Source of the DNA: Candidatus Versatilivorator sp.
GTDB taxonomy: Bacteria; Acidobacteriota; Terriglobia; Versatilivoradales; Versatilivoraceae
Reading direction: 5' to 3'
DNA: 64,000 bases
Assembly: GCA_965207735.1 (NCBI GenBank)
Contig: OZ242296.1
Span: 1,248,001 to 1,312,000 of the forward strand
Shown one piece after another: positions 19,954-30,139 of this stretch; position 1 is the stretch's first letter; the number at the start of each line of letters is the position of its first letter. The notes under the pieces are model-generated. The model was not told where the DNA came from. It did not search any database and saw only the letters and a program-made list of their open reading frames with translations. The position numbers were made by a program, and so were the translations under genes.

Positions 19954-20721
19954 CTACATGGAAACGCGCACAAAGTCCTTTTTGGCATACCCGCGAGTGC
20001 GGGCGCAGACTTCATGACCCTCGCGACTTCCCTCGTCGTTGGTGTTGCCCTCAATGGTTGCTAATGTCTCACCGCGGGCCTCAACCACAAAGCCGGTGTG
20101 TGTCCAGTCGGACGAGACCCGGCGGTTCAGGAAGACGGTGCCGGGTGGGAGCTTGTCCGCAGCATTTGATGGATTGATGTCGGCGGCAGCGACAAACAGG
20201 TTTCGGTCGCGACCGTAGGCAGCGAGATTATCGCACGAGTAAGTCCTCGGAAAAGGCAAGGGATGTTTTGCTTCGGCGCTCGCCTGGCGGATCACAAACG
20301 ACACGAACCCCGCGCACCAAGGCCACTCGCTGCCCTCGTGACCGTTCATGTAAAGGCGCACCCAGGGTCCGCGGTTTGTCCCGCCAATCTCGCGTGGGTG
20401 CTCTTGCAGGTGCCTGTGGGCGATAGCAGCGACGACCCCGCCGAACTCGTCCGTCCCACCTCCGGGGTCGTCAAGTGCGCGCCGCATGGGCTCGCTAAGC
20501 TTTTCGAAAATCGTTTGGTCAACCTCACCCTCAAATGTCAGCTCTTGCGCCATACAGAATTGCTGAACAGCAGCCTCCGTGGCGGGACCGAACACCCCGT
20601 CGACGGCGACCGCGTGCCCGTTCAGGCACAGCCACTCCTGCACGCGACGTGAAGCCTTGCCACGCGCACCTCGCGCGACCGCCCTAGAAAAAGCAAGTTC
20701 CTTCGTTTTGTGGACAATCAT
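19954..20721 (-). CDS. Peptidoglycan-binding + CHAP domain cell-wall hydrolase
   Basis: PG_binding motif VDGVFGPATEAAVQQF; CHAP motifs PWCAGFVS, HTGFV and TIEGNT. Confidence 0.88.
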   Translation of the reverse strand: MIVHKTKELAFSRAVARGARGKASRRVQEWLCLNGHAVAVDGVFGPATEAAVQQFCMAQELTFEGEVDQTIFEKLSEPMRRALDDPGGGTDEFGGVVAAIAHRHLQEHPREIGGTNRGPWVRLYMNGHEGSEWPWCAGFVSFVIRQASAEAKHPLPFPRTYSCDNLAAYGRDRNLFVAAADINPSNAADKLPPGTVFLNRRVSSDWTHTGFVVEARGETLATIEGNTNDEGSREGHEVCARTRGYAKKDFVRVSM

Positions 20722-20854
20722 TACTCACCTCACCCACGGTAACAACCGTTGCCTGCGTCCGGATCGCGCCAATTCTCCTCGCCGTTCAGGACCGGAGCCT
20801 CTTTACCTCTACTGTAGAGTTTGGGATTTCTCTAGGGAAGAGAAGTCAAGAAAC

Positions 20855-21235
20855 CTATTTTATGGCGGCCGCTGCAGCAGCGTCCTTGATTTTCCTGGCG
20901 CGCTTCAGGAACTTGTAGATTCCTGTACTCCCACCCGCCAGGAAGAGTCCGGTCAATACCATCGAAAGGAAATCCCCGTGCTCCCTACCAAGGACGACCG
21001 CGATAAAATCCACTTGCAGGCGAAAAGCAATTGTCACGGAGATGGCCACAGAAATCCAGGGCTTCAGGTCCAGATAGTCGCCACCCGCCTGCTCGTCCAA
21101 TTTTTCTTCGATGACTCGCCAGAATTTTGAATCGAAGATCTGATACAGTGATCTTTCGATCGTCAGTGCCAGCAGTGCGAACGCCACAAGCACACCGATG
21201 AGGTTTTCCCAATAGTTTGCAGCAATTTCGATCAT
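20855..21235 (-). CDS. Small multi-TM membrane protein (holin-like)
   Basis: About three hydrophobic segments, LTGLFLAGGS and a basic C-terminus; upstream of the CHAP gene. Confidence 0.65.
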   Translation of the reverse strand: MIEIAANYWENLIGVLVAFALLALTIERSLYQIFDSKFWRVIEEKLDEQAGGDYLDLKPWISVAISVTIAFRLQVDFIAVVLGREHGDFLSMVLTGLFLAGGSTGIYKFLKRARKIKDAAAAAAIK

Positions 21236-21677
21236 CTCTCCGCCTCCGGTTTGCAACCTGCCGATTCCTCTTCCTGTAACCTCGTCCCCACAACTGGGAC
21301 CAAGCTTTGCCCCGTCCGTTCAAAGAGTCCGCCTCTATAAAGGCTACCATCACTTGGCGAATGCCGAATCGAGTCTTTGGAGCGTCGGCTTTGGATACGG
21401 TGTCACTCCACTTCTCCGCTACCATATCCCTCCTTGGGAATGCTCTCCGGCCGAAGCCGACCTCCCTCAAACGTTTTTGCTTTGAATTGCCGAGACGAGC
21501 CCGACGGATGGTAATATCCGAGAGGGGTGGGTTCGGGACGATGCCTTGCCGTAACCGACCGGCCGTCAATTACCCCCGGCTGTCAGGCGCGAGGGTTAGG
21601 CAGGGTTGGACGGCACAAGATTTAGGGGAATGATAATAAGGGACTAATGGAATCGGTGGACTTTGTTGGATGGAGTC

Positions 21678-21753
21678 TGGTGGACGAGAAGGGGATCGAA
21701 CCCTCGACCTCGGCGTTGCGAACGCCGCGCTCTCCCATCTGAGCTACTCGCCC
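21678..21753 (-). tRNA. tRNA-Ala (anticodon CGC)
   Basis: GGGCGAGTAGCTCAGATGGGAGAGCGCGGCGTT-CGC-AACGCCGAGGTCGAGGGTTCGATCCCCTTCTCGTCCACCA; 76 nt, G3:U70 pair, encoded CCA. Confidence 0.97.
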
Positions 21754-21767
21754 AGGCTGAACGGGTC

Positions 21768-21797
21768 TGTTTAGCATCTTGGCCCAAAATGAGTCAA
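21768..21797 (-). promoter_or_regulatory. Putative sigma70 promoter of tRNA-Ala
   Basis: TTGACT-18 nt-TAAACA with an extended TG. Confidence 0.55.
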
Positions 21798-21999
21798 GCC
21801 ATTTAGGCGCGGAAGGTGGCCCGCCGGCCAGCCGTCTGTCTGTCGCCTGCAGGTGAAAATCCCGACCACTCGGCAGGCTTCGCTTCCGGTTCCTGCAGGA
21901 ATCCCTGCCATGCTCCTTGTTGAATTGGTCCAGAATGGGTAGACCTCTGCCCTGGAGATGCCCGGATAAGCCGCCGACACCTGCCGTGAACTCCCATTT

Positions 22000-22686
22000 A
22001 TGAAATTTCTCCTCACCAACGATGACGGCTACGATGCCCCTGGACTGCAGGCGCTGCTGGAGGCCGCCGCGGGTCTGGGGGAATGCGTGGTGGTGGCGCC
22101 CAGCGAACCGCTGTCGGGCTGCAGCCACCGGGTCACCACACATGAGGCCATGCGGGTGGAGGGCCGCGGCCCCTCACGCTACAGCCTTGCGGGAACCCCC
22201 GCCGACTGTGTCCGTATCGGCCTGCGCCAACTGGCGGCCGATGTGGACTGGGTCCTTTCGGGAATCAATCAGGGAGGAAACCTGGGGGCGGATGTCTTCT
22301 ATTCCGGCACGGTGGCGGCCGTGCGGGAAGGCGTGCTGGAGGGTGTGCCGGGAATCGCCGTTTCCCAGTACAGCAAGAAGGACCTTCCCATCGACTGGAC
22401 CCGCTCCGCCCGATGGGTTCAGCCCTTGCTGGAAGAGCTGCTGCAGGCTCCCCGGTCGGCCGGGAGCTTCTGGAACATCAATCTGCCCCACCTGGGGCCC
22501 GGAAGCCCCGATCCCCCGACCGTCTGCTGCCCCCTGGACCTTTCCCCCCTTCCGGTCACTTTTCGAAAGGAAGCGGGCGGATTTCTCTACGCCGGAAACT
22601 ACCACCAGAGGCGGTACGCTGCCGGAACGGACGTGGACGTCTGTTTTCGGGGGGAAATCGCCGTCACACGGGTTCGGCTTGGCTGA
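22000..22686 (+). CDS. surE: 5'/3'-nucleotidase SurE
   Basis: LLTNDDG, GTPADCV, SGINQGGN and YSGTVAA. Confidence 0.95.
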   Translation: MKFLLTNDDGYDAPGLQALLEAAAGLGECVVVAPSEPLSGCSHRVTTHEAMRVEGRGPSRYSLAGTPADCVRIGLRQLAADVDWVLSGINQGGNLGADVFYSGTVAAVREGVLEGVPGIAVSQYSKKDLPIDWTRSARWVQPLLEELLQAPRSAGSFWNINLPHLGPGSPDPPTVCCPLDLSPLPVTFRKEAGGFLYAGNYHQRRYAAGTDVDVCFRGEIAVTRVRLG

Positions 22687-22695
22687 GCTGTTGCC

Positions 22696-23196
22696 TCAGG
22701 GGACCGCGGAGCCGGAACCGGCTTCCCTGCTCCCTTCGAGACGCCGGTCGGCCCTCCCGGAGGCCAGGTAGCGCTTGGCGCAGGACTGCACCATGGAGAC
22801 CATGCCCATCAACCCCATGCTCTTCCCCATGGAGAGGTCCTTGCCGAAGATCCGGTAGACCAACTCACCGGGCACCTGGGCCAGGCTGGAGGCCGACTCC
22901 CCGGACAGGGTCTCGTCCAGAATGACGGCCATGCACTTGGCCGAGATCCCCTGGGGGTTCTCGACGGCGAAATGGAACTTCAGGGCCTGGCTGGGGAGCT
23001 CTTCGCACCAGACGTAGGCCTCCGACTCGCAAGCCGGCGTCAGGTGCGATTTGGGAAAGGGACGGGTGGCAATGAATTCCGGAACCGCCTTGAACCGGGA
23101 GGCGATGTCGATGAGCATCTGGATGCGCTCGTCGCGGTCGCCCGCCAGGTCCAGGTATTCCAGCAACATCGCCAGTCTTTCCGGGTATGGGTCCAT
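22696..23196 (-). CDS. SufE family sulfur acceptor
   Basis: PACESEAYVW conserved Cys, SufE-like layout; downstream of a rhodanese. Confidence 0.8.
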   Translation of the reverse strand: MDPYPERLAMLLEYLDLAGDRDERIQMLIDIASRFKAVPEFIATRPFPKSHLTPACESEAYVWCEELPSQALKFHFAVENPQGISAKCMAVILDETLSGESASSLAQVPGELVYRIFGKDLSMGKSMGLMGMVSMVQSCAKRYLASGRADRRLEGSREAGSGSAVP

Positions 23197-23255
23197 GATC
23201 ACCGAAGCACAACCTTGCGTTCCGCGACTGCGCCTGCCTTGCCGGGAATCGCGTC

Positions 23256-24119
23256 TTATGGCCTTTCGATGGGCACGTTGACCAGGTTGCCCCATTCCGT
23301 CCAGCTCCCGTCATAGTTTCTGACTTGCTGGAAACCGAGCAGATAGGTCAGAACGAACCAGGTGTGGCTGCTGCGCTCCCCGATCCGGCAATAGGCCACG
23401 ATATCGTCGCCGGGCTGCAGGTTGTTTTCCCCGGTGTAGATGGCTCGCAGCTCATCGGCGGACTTGAAGCTGCCGTCCTCGTTGGCCGCGCGAGCCCAGG
23501 GAATGTTGGCGGCTCTCGGAATGTGTCCCCCGCGCAGGGCGCCTTCGTTGGGGTAGGCCTCCATGTGCAGCCGCTCGCCTGTATATTCCGCCGGGCTTCT
23601 CACATCCACCAGGGGTCTGCCGGCCTGGACATGATCGAGCACCTGGTCTCGAAAGACACGAACCTTGCTGTCGTCCCTTTCCGGGGCCTGATAGTCGCTG
23701 GAGGGATAGTCGGCAGCCTCGGTCACCAGCGGCCGCCCCTCGTTTTGCCATTTCAGGCGCCCCCCATCCATGATCTTGGCATTGGTATGCCCGAACAACT
23801 GGAACACCCAGAAGGCGTAGCAGGCCCACCAGTTGCTCTTGTCGCCATACAGCACCACCGTCGTCTCCCGGGTGGCCCCGATCCGCCTCATCAGGGCTTC
23901 AAACCCCGACCTGTCGAGATAGTCGCGGCGCAGGGGATGGTTCAGGTCGCGGGTCCAATCGACTTCCACGGCGCCCGGGATGTGACCGGAGGCATAGAGC
24001 AGCGGATCCTCGTTGGATTCGGCAAATCTGAGATTGGAATCGTTCAGATGCTGAGACACCCACTCTGTCGACACCAGGGCGTCCGTACTGGCGTATCCTC
24101 GTTCTTCAATGGCACTCAT
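23256..24119 (-). CDS. Tandem-rhodanese thiosulfate sulfurtransferase
   Basis: [14 protein letters not shown] and YDGSWTEW. Confidence 0.93.
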   Translation of the reverse strand: MSAIEERGYASTDALVSTEWVSQHLNDSNLRFAESNEDPLLYASGHIPGAVEVDWTRDLNHPLRRDYLDRSGFEALMRRIGATRETTVVLYGDKSNWWACYAFWVFQLFGHTNAKIMDGGRLKWQNEGRPLVTEAADYPSSDYQAPERDDSKVRVFRDQVLDHVQAGRPLVDVRSPAEYTGERLHMEAYPNEGALRGGHIPRAANIPWARAANEDGSFKSADELRAIYTGENNLQPGDDIVAYCRIGERSSHTWFVLTYLLGFQQVRNYDGSWTEWGNLVNVPIERP

Positions 24120-24221
24120 AAAGCGTCCCTCCTTGTAAGGTTTAGCAGAGTTATACCATAGACTTCGCCGGTCGTCTTTCGATCCGCCCCTCCCCGGGAC
24201 CGAATCGCCCCCGAGGCGGTC

Positions 24222-26039
24222 TCACCAACCCAGCGGCTGGCCCTTGTTCTGTTCATCCAGCCACTCCCGGAGCGGGGCAAAGTAATCCAGAATAGCGGTG
24301 GCATCCATCTCCCGCTCTCCGGTCAGCGCCTCCAGCGCCTCCGGCCAGGGCCGGCTGATCCCCATGGCGAGCATGGCACGCAGGCGTTTTCCGGCAGGCT
24401 CGCTTCCATAAATGGAGCATCGATGGAGGCTGTCTTCACAGCCGGCTTCCCCGGCCAGGGCTCGATGGAACTGAAACTGCAGGATCTGGGCCAGAAAGTA
24501 CCGCGTATAGGGCACGTTGGCCGGCACGTGGTACTTGGCGCCCGGATCGAAATCGCTTTCGTCGCGAGCCACGGGAGGCGCGATGCCCTGGTACCTGCCT
24601 CTCAATTCCCACCAGGCCTCATTGTAGCGGTCAGGCGGAATCTCACCGGAGACTACCTTCCAGCGCCATTGGTCCACCAGCAGGCCGAAAGGAAGGAAGG
24701 CAATCTTGTCCAGCGCCTGGCGCAGCAACAGCCCCAGATCCTTGGAAGGCGGGGGAACCTTGTTCAGCAGCCCCAGTCTTGCCAGGTAGGCCGGCGTGAT
24801 CGAGAGCGCGATGGTGTCCCCCACCGCCTCGTGGAATCCGTCGTTGGCGCTTTCCCGGAAGAGGACCGGCTGCTGGTTGTAGGCTCTCTGATAGTAGTTG
24901 TGACCCAACTCGTGATGGATCACGTTGAAATCCTCGGCGGTGATGTCGATGCACATCTTGATGCGCAAGTCCTCGCGCGAATCGAGGTTCCAGGCACTGG
25001 CATGGCAGACGACGTCCCGGTCGACGGGTTTTTCGAACAGAGATCGATCCCAGAAGCTTTGCGGCAGGGGGGCGAAACCGAGCGAACTGAAGAAGCCCTC
25101 CCCGTAGGAAACCATTTGCCGCGGGGTCGTCTTGCGAGACTGAAGAATCCGGGTGAGATCGAAGCCCGGATCGGTTTCCCGCGGCGCAACCAGCGGATAG
25201 ACGTTGGACCAGGTCTGCGCCCACATGTTACCCAAGAGATGGGCCGGTATGGGGCCGTCGGCGGGAACCACCTCCGGCCCGTAATGGGCTCGCAGCCGCT
25301 GTCTCACGTAGGCATGCAGCGAGAGATAAAAGGGCCGCACCTGCTCCCACAGGCGGTCCAACTCCTGCCGGAAGGACTCGGGGGACATGTCGTACTTGGC
25401 CCGCCACATGGCTCCGGTATCCGAGAACCCCAAGCTGCGGGCTCCCTGGTTGGCCAGTTCCACGTATCGCTGAAAGTCCTTTCGCATGGGAGGGGCAATG
25501 CTTCTCCAGCCAATCCAGGCTTCTTGCAGGATTTCCGGATCCCGGCTGGCGGCCATGATCCGGGAGAGTTCCTGCAGGTCTCGACATTCCTCGCCGGCCT
25601 TGCCGCAAACCTTCCCTTTGCCGTACCGGGATTCCATCGACGTCACCAGCCGGGTGAGTTCCTCGCTGGCCTTGGGATCGGGAGGGGCGGCCAGCGTCAG
25701 CGACAATCGAAGCAGTTCCAGTTTCCTTGCCACCTCCCGCGGCAGATCGGCCGTTTCGAAGCCCGCGGACTCCTTGGCCAGTCTGGCGGTGGCCTCAATG
25801 GCCCGATTGCTGGCCAATGCAGCCAGAGTCTGAGTGTCCCCGGTGATGTAGGTCGACCGGACCCAACTGGCGCGGGCGGCCTCGGTCCACAGCGCCAGCA
25901 GTTGCTCTTCCGCTTGGCGCACGAACTCCTCGGCCTCGGACGCGGCGGACTCGGCCTCCTCCGGCGATCCCGCCTGCGCCGACGACACGCCGGACGCAAG
26001 GGCCATGAAGACCCCAATGAAAATCTTCCATCTCCTCAA
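24222..26039 (-). CDS. M2 family peptidyl-dipeptidase (ACE-like)
   Basis: HHELGH, GFHEAVGD, HLLGNMWAQ and FDPGAKYHVP. TTG start after AAGGAGG; signal peptide. Confidence 0.93.
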   Translation of the reverse strand: MRRWKIFIGVFMALASGVSSAQAGSPEEAESAASEAEEFVRQAEEQLLALWTEAARASWVRSTYITGDTQTLAALASNRAIEATARLAKESAGFETADLPREVARKLELLRLSLTLAAPPDPKASEELTRLVTSMESRYGKGKVCGKAGEECRDLQELSRIMAASRDPEILQEAWIGWRSIAPPMRKDFQRYVELANQGARSLGFSDTGAMWRAKYDMSPESFRQELDRLWEQVRPFYLSLHAYVRQRLRAHYGPEVVPADGPIPAHLLGNMWAQTWSNVYPLVAPRETDPGFDLTRILQSRKTTPRQMVSYGEGFFSSLGFAPLPQSFWDRSLFEKPVDRDVVCHASAWNLDSREDLRIKMCIDITAEDFNVIHHELGHNYYQRAYNQQPVLFRESANDGFHEAVGDTIALSITPAYLARLGLLNKVPPPSKDLGLLLRQALDKIAFLPFGLLVDQWRWKVVSGEIPPDRYNEAWWELRGRYQGIAPPVARDESDFDPGAKYHVPANVPYTRYFLAQILQFQFHRALAGEAGCEDSLHRCSIYGSEPAGKRLRAMLAMGISRPWPEALEALTGEREMDATAILDYFAPLREWLDEQNKGQPLGW

Positions 26040-26247
26040 GGGAGACCTCCTTCTCCTGCCGCTCCGACCGGAGGGCCCACTCAGTTTATAGTCTGGTTTC
26101 GCCTCCCTCAATGTTTTTATTTTCAATGGATTTGCCGGGTAGCGGTCCCATTGCGGCAAATTGGAAGCGCCTTTCCGGATTGCACGGCGTTGCCAAAACG
26201 ACGATCCCGAGAAGTCACTGACCCTCACGTACATGGCGCCGCGTTGG

Positions 26248-26315
26248 CCCCCCTCCGGCTCGACTGCGGGCTTCGCCCTTGTCTCGCCGACTCCCCCTCA
26301 AGGGGGGAGTGATAC
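26248..26315 (-). repeat. REP-like palindrome, inverted relative of 76-145
   Basis: CGACTCCCCCTCAAGGGGGGAGTGATAC plus an internal GGGC-TTC-GCCC hairpin. Confidence 0.75.
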
Positions 26316-26393
26316 TTGAGGCCTGCACAAGGCGCCTTGCCCGATTCCTGGGCATGATGTAAATGATGTTTGCGGTTTTTTTTGTGGACGATG

Positions 26394-26606
26394 CCCACCC
26401 GGGAGCGCGGGCGTCCCGCCCGCACAATGCCTGGCACAGCCTCTGCCATCTCCGCCGCTCGGACCGACCCGGAACAGCGCCGTGGGTCTCCTTAGTCCTG
26501 GCCGTTGAGGTTCACGCCGACCCGGTGGCTGCCTGCAGCATCACCTTCAAGTTTAGCGGCAGCCAAAGGCATAAGGATGCGGGCGGGACGCCCGCGTTCC
26601 CGGGTG
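26394..26606. repeat. REP doublet (REPIN-like)
   Basis: CACCCGGGAGCGCGGGCGTCCCGCCCGCA (to 26424) and its inverted partner at 26578-26606; a third copy is at 45963-45993. Confidence 0.8.
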
Positions 26607-26716
26607 TTACCCCTCGCATCAATTGCTCCTTGTGCTTCCGGAGCCGGCCAAATAAACTGGTAGGTGGGGGTTGAAGGTCCAGGGCGCCGTCGCCATGCCC
26701 GGCCGAAAGGTGAGCC

Positions 26717-27292
26717 ATGCGAGGGTTCAACATCTTCGTCGTCACGATGGCTTTGTCCCTTGGGGCCGGATCGATCGGCTGCAGGGGCGAGGCCGGTTCG
26801 AAACAGGCCGCACCGCTTTCGAAGGCTGCTCCGTCCGACAGCGGCGGTCCCCCCGCAACCATCAGCATTTTTTCGGTAGAGAAGGGAGAGTTGGTCATGG
26901 TGAACAAGGTAGTCAAGTCCGAGGAGGAGTGGCGCAATCAGCTCACGCCCCTCCAATACAACGTGACCCGGAAGAAAGGGACCGAGCTCGCCTTCAGCGG
27001 CAAGCACAATTTTTCCAAGGAGCCCGGCATCTACCAGTGCGTCTGCTGCGGCACCGATCTGTTCACCTCCGACACCAAGTATGACTCGGGAACCGGTTGG
27101 CCCAGCTTCTGGGAGCCCATTGCTGCAGAGAACATCCGCACCGAAGCCGACAGGGCCTATGGCATGGTCAGAACGGAAGTCCTGTGCAATCGCTGCGACG
27201 CCCACCTGGGGCACCTGTTCAACGATGGACCCCAACCGACCGGCCTGCGTTACTGCATGAATTCGGCCGCTCTCAATCTCAAGAAGAAATAG
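26717..27292 (+). CDS. msrB: Peptide-methionine (R)-S-oxide reductase, probably exported lipoprotein
   Basis: [22 protein letters not shown] and RYCMNS; two CxxC zinc pairs; N-terminal signal with SIGC. Confidence 0.95.
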   Translation: MRGFNIFVVTMALSLGAGSIGCRGEAGSKQAAPLSKAAPSDSGGPPATISIFSVEKGELVMVNKVVKSEEEWRNQLTPLQYNVTRKKGTELAFSGKHNFSKEPGIYQCVCCGTDLFTSDTKYDSGTGWPSFWEPIAAENIRTEADRAYGMVRTEVLCNRCDAHLGHLFNDGPQPTGLRYCMNSAALNLKKK

Positions 27293-27350
27293 GGAGAGGC
27301 GCTCGAACGCCCGATGAAGGCGGCCTTCCTGCCCGATCCGATTCTCCTCG

Positions 27351-27881
27351 ATGCTCCGCTCCCACTTCGTAAATACCTCACGATTGGCGCTGATGGGCGC
27401 CTGGCTGATGGGTACGGCCTTCCTTTGGGTGGTGGCCACCGAGAACTTCCGTCGTGTGGACACTGTTCTGAGCGGTCCCAACAAGCAATTCCACCAAAGG
27501 CTGGAGCCTCTGCCGGCCGGTGATTCCCGCCTGGTCCTGCGTTTCCTGGCCTCCGAGCTCAATCGTTTCTATTTCACCTCCTGGGGCTGGTCTCAGCTGG
27601 TCCTTGGAGGAGTGGTCCTGATCCTGAGTTGGCGCCTGGCGGCGGACCGTTTCGACCTGGGGCTGCTCGGCGCCATGTGGCTGCTGTCGGCCATCCTGGC
27701 AGTCTGGGTGACCCCTTCCCTCATCGAAATCGGCCGCCAGGTCGACTTCGTCCCCCGATCTCCGCCACCGCCGCAGCTGGAAGCCTTCTGGCGCTACCAT
27801 CTTGCCTACACCTCGACCGATCTGGTCAAGTTCGGGGCCGGCCTGCTCTGGCTGCTTCGAACCGGGCTGAAGCGGGCCTGA
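27351..27881 (+). CDS. Four-TM membrane protein (DUF4149-like)
   Basis: Hydrophobic helices and FWRYHLAY; co-oriented between msrB and apaH. Confidence 0.7.
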   Translation: MLRSHFVNTSRLALMGAWLMGTAFLWVVATENFRRVDTVLSGPNKQFHQRLEPLPAGDSRLVLRFLASELNRFYFTSWGWSQLVLGGVVLILSWRLAADRFDLGLLGAMWLLSAILAVWVTPSLIEIGRQVDFVPRSPPPPQLEAFWRYHLAYTSTDLVKFGAGLLWLLRTGLKRA

Positions 27882-27947
27882 GGCCCCGCCAGCAACCGGG
27901 AGGCTGACTTCCCTGTCCCACCGGATCGGCGACACTGTTTCCGTGCC

Positions 27948-28757
27948 ATGGCTACTTTCGCAATCGGCGACATTCACGGATGCTTCCGGACCCTGCAGCA
28001 CCTCGTGAAAGCCATCCGGTTCGACCCCGGAAGGGATCGACTCTGGCTGGTCGGCGACCTGGTCAACCGAGGACCGGGATCCCTGGAGGTCCTTCGCTGG
28101 GTCAGACAGCTCGGCGATCGAGCCGTGTGCGTTCTGGGAAACCACGACCTGAAGCTGCTGGCCTGCCACCTGGGAATTCGGTCTTCCCTGAAGAACCCTC
28201 AACTGAGCTCGATACTGGCCGCCCCGGACTGCCGGGAACTGCTCGCCTGGCTCAGAAGTCGGCCTCTCGTGCACTGCGAAGAAGGGTATGTCCTGGTTCA
28301 CGCCGGTCTGCTGCCGGAATGGACGGTCGAGGAAGCAATCCAACTGGGAGCGGAGATTCAACAGCGCCTGATGGGCTCGGGGGCTGTGGAGCTGCTGCAG
28401 GTCCTGTCGGCGAGAGAGCTGGACGGGAACAAGGAGAAGGAGAAAGTACCCGGGGCATTGCGACTGGCAACGGCCCTCAGGGCCATGACCCAATTGAGGA
28501 CGCTCAACCCGGACGCCGGCATGGACCTCAGCTTCGTGGGGCCGCCGGCGGAGATGCCGGACACTCTCATCCCCTGGTTTTCATTCCCGGGGCGGCGCAA
28601 CGGCTCCGCCACTGTTGTCTTCGGGCATTGGGCCGCCCTGGGGCTGTTTCGGGCGCCCGGAATCGCAGGCCTCGACAGCAACTGCGTCCGGGGAGGACGG
28701 CTGACGGCCATGCGACTGGAGGACGGCAGGATTTTTCAGCAGGAATTTGCGGATTAA
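27948..28757 (+). CDS. apaH: Symmetrical bis(5'-nucleosyl)-tetraphosphatase
   Basis: GDIHGC, GDLVNRGP, LGNHD, VHAG and FGHWAALG. Confidence 0.93.
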   Translation: MATFAIGDIHGCFRTLQHLVKAIRFDPGRDRLWLVGDLVNRGPGSLEVLRWVRQLGDRAVCVLGNHDLKLLACHLGIRSSLKNPQLSSILAAPDCRELLAWLRSRPLVHCEEGYVLVHAGLLPEWTVEEAIQLGAEIQQRLMGSGAVELLQVLSARELDGNKEKEKVPGALRLATALRAMTQLRTLNPDAGMDLSFVGPPAEMPDTLIPWFSFPGRRNGSATVVFGHWAALGLFRAPGIAGLDSNCVRGGRLTAMRLEDGRIFQQEFAD

Positions 28758-30139
28758 CTTCGCTTGAATTCTCCCAGCACGGCGTTGAGGCTGCTCTTGG
28801 CGTCTCCGAAGAGCATGCGGGTGTTGTCCTTGTAGAACAGGGGGTTCTCGATCCCCGCAAACCCGGCTGCCATCGACCGCTTCAACACGATCACCACCCT
28901 GGCCCGGTCAACCTCGATGATGGGCATCCCGTAAATGGGACTTTCGGAGTCGTCCCTGGCGGCGGGGTTGACCACGTCATTGGCTCCAATCACCACACAC
29001 ACGTCCACCGTCTCCATGGTGGGGTTGACGTCCTCCATTTCCACCAGAAGATCGTAGGACACGTTGGCCTCTGCCAGCAGGACGTTCATATGTCCCGGCA
29101 TCCGGCCGGCCACCGGATGGACGGCATAGCGGACGTCACAGCCATTGTCCTCCAGGAGTTCCCCCAACTCCATCACCCCGTGTTGGGCCTGGGCGACCGC
29201 CAGGCCGTAGCCCGGCACGAAAACCACCGAGCGGGCGGCTTCCAGGATGAAATAGGTGTCCTCGGCCGAGATGGGCCGGGGATCGCCACCGGTCCCCTTG
29301 CGGGTTTTTCCGGCAACGGCTCCGAAACCGCTGAACAGCACGTTGGTGAGAGACCGGTTCATGGCTTTGCACATGATATTGGTCAGTATGAGACCGCTGG
29401 CTCCCACCAACGCACCGGCAACGATCAGGATGTTGTTGAGGATCACAAACCCGGCCGCGCAGGCTGCCAGCCCGGAATAGCTGTTGAGAAGCGCGATGAC
29501 CACCGGCATGTCGGCCCCACCGATGGGGACAACCACCATGATGCCGAGGAGAAACGCCGAGGCCATCAGGACCAGGAACAGCGTCTGGCTCTCCGGGGAA
29601 TCGAGACCGTAGAGCAGGCCGCCCACGCAGAGGAACGCCAGCAACAGGAGATTAATCGGCTGCTGACCCGGAAAAAGCAGCGGCCTGCTGAGGCGAACGG
29701 ATCGCCAACCGATCTCCCTCAGCTTGCCCCAGGCCACCAGGCTGCCGCTGAAGGTGACCCCGCCGATAACGACCGCCAGCAGAATGGTCACCGCACTCAA
29801 CGGGTCCTGCAACGGCTGGCGATGGTAGGCCTCCCAGCCCACCAGCAGGCTGGCTCCCCCGCCAAAGCCGTTGAACAACGCCACCAGTTCCGGCATCTCG
29901 GTGAGTTGCAGGCGGGTTGCCGCCAGGGATCCAATAGCTGAACCGACGACGACTCCCAGCAGGATCCACTGGTATTCCACTACCCCCGTATGCAGCAAGG
30001 TGACAACCACGGTCAGGAGCATGGCGCAGGCAGAGGCCAGGTTCCCCAAGCGGGCCGTGTCGGGGGAACTCATCAACTTCAGGCCCAGGGCAAACAGGAA
30101 GGCCGCCAGCAGGTAAGCCAATTGGATGTAAACGCTCAC
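28754..30139 (-). CDS. pntB: NAD(P) transhydrogenase beta subunit
   Basis: GGADMPVVIALLNSYSG, HPVAGRMPGHMNVLLAEA and GANDVVNP. Confidence 0.97.
   Translation of the reverse strand: MSVYIQLAYLLAAFLFALGLKLMSSPDTARLGNLASACAMLLTVVVTLLHTGVVEYQWILLGVVVGSAIGSLAATRLQLTEMPELVALFNGFGGGASLLVGWEAYHRQPLQDPLSAVTILLAVVIGGVTFSGSLVAWGKLREIGWRSVRLSRPLLFPGQQPINLLLLAFLCVGGLLYGLDSPESQTLFLVLMASAFLLGIMVVVPIGGADMPVVIALLNSYSGLAACAAGFVILNNILIVAGALVGASGLILTNIMCKAMNRSLTNVLFSGFGAVAGKTRKGTGGDPRPISAEDTYFILEAARSVVFVPGYGLAVAQAQHGVMELGELLEDNGCDVRYAVHPVAGRMPGHMNVLLAEANVSYDLLVEMEDVNPTMETVDVCVVIGANDVVNPAARDDSESPIYGMPIIEVDRARVVIVLKRSMAAGFAGIENPLFYKDNTRMLFGDAKSSLNAVLGEFKRS

Noticed and set aside
20985-21425. ORF from ATG 21425 with a strong AAGGAGG RBS
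   Set aside because: Overlaps the holin-like gene out of frame by ~250 nt and has no recognisable domain; at best a decayed gene.
21547-21601. Integron attC site (…TAAC…GTTAGGC)
   Set aside because: Poor R''/L-box fit, single instance and no integron integrase; kept only as possible integrase arm sites.
27980-29941. 653-aa plus-strand ORF, and similar long shadow ORFs (24423-26312, 11462-13249, 36026-37681, 44253-45809, 47684-49282)
   Set aside because: Antisense or alternate frames of well-supported genes; typical of high-GC codon bias; no recognisable motifs.
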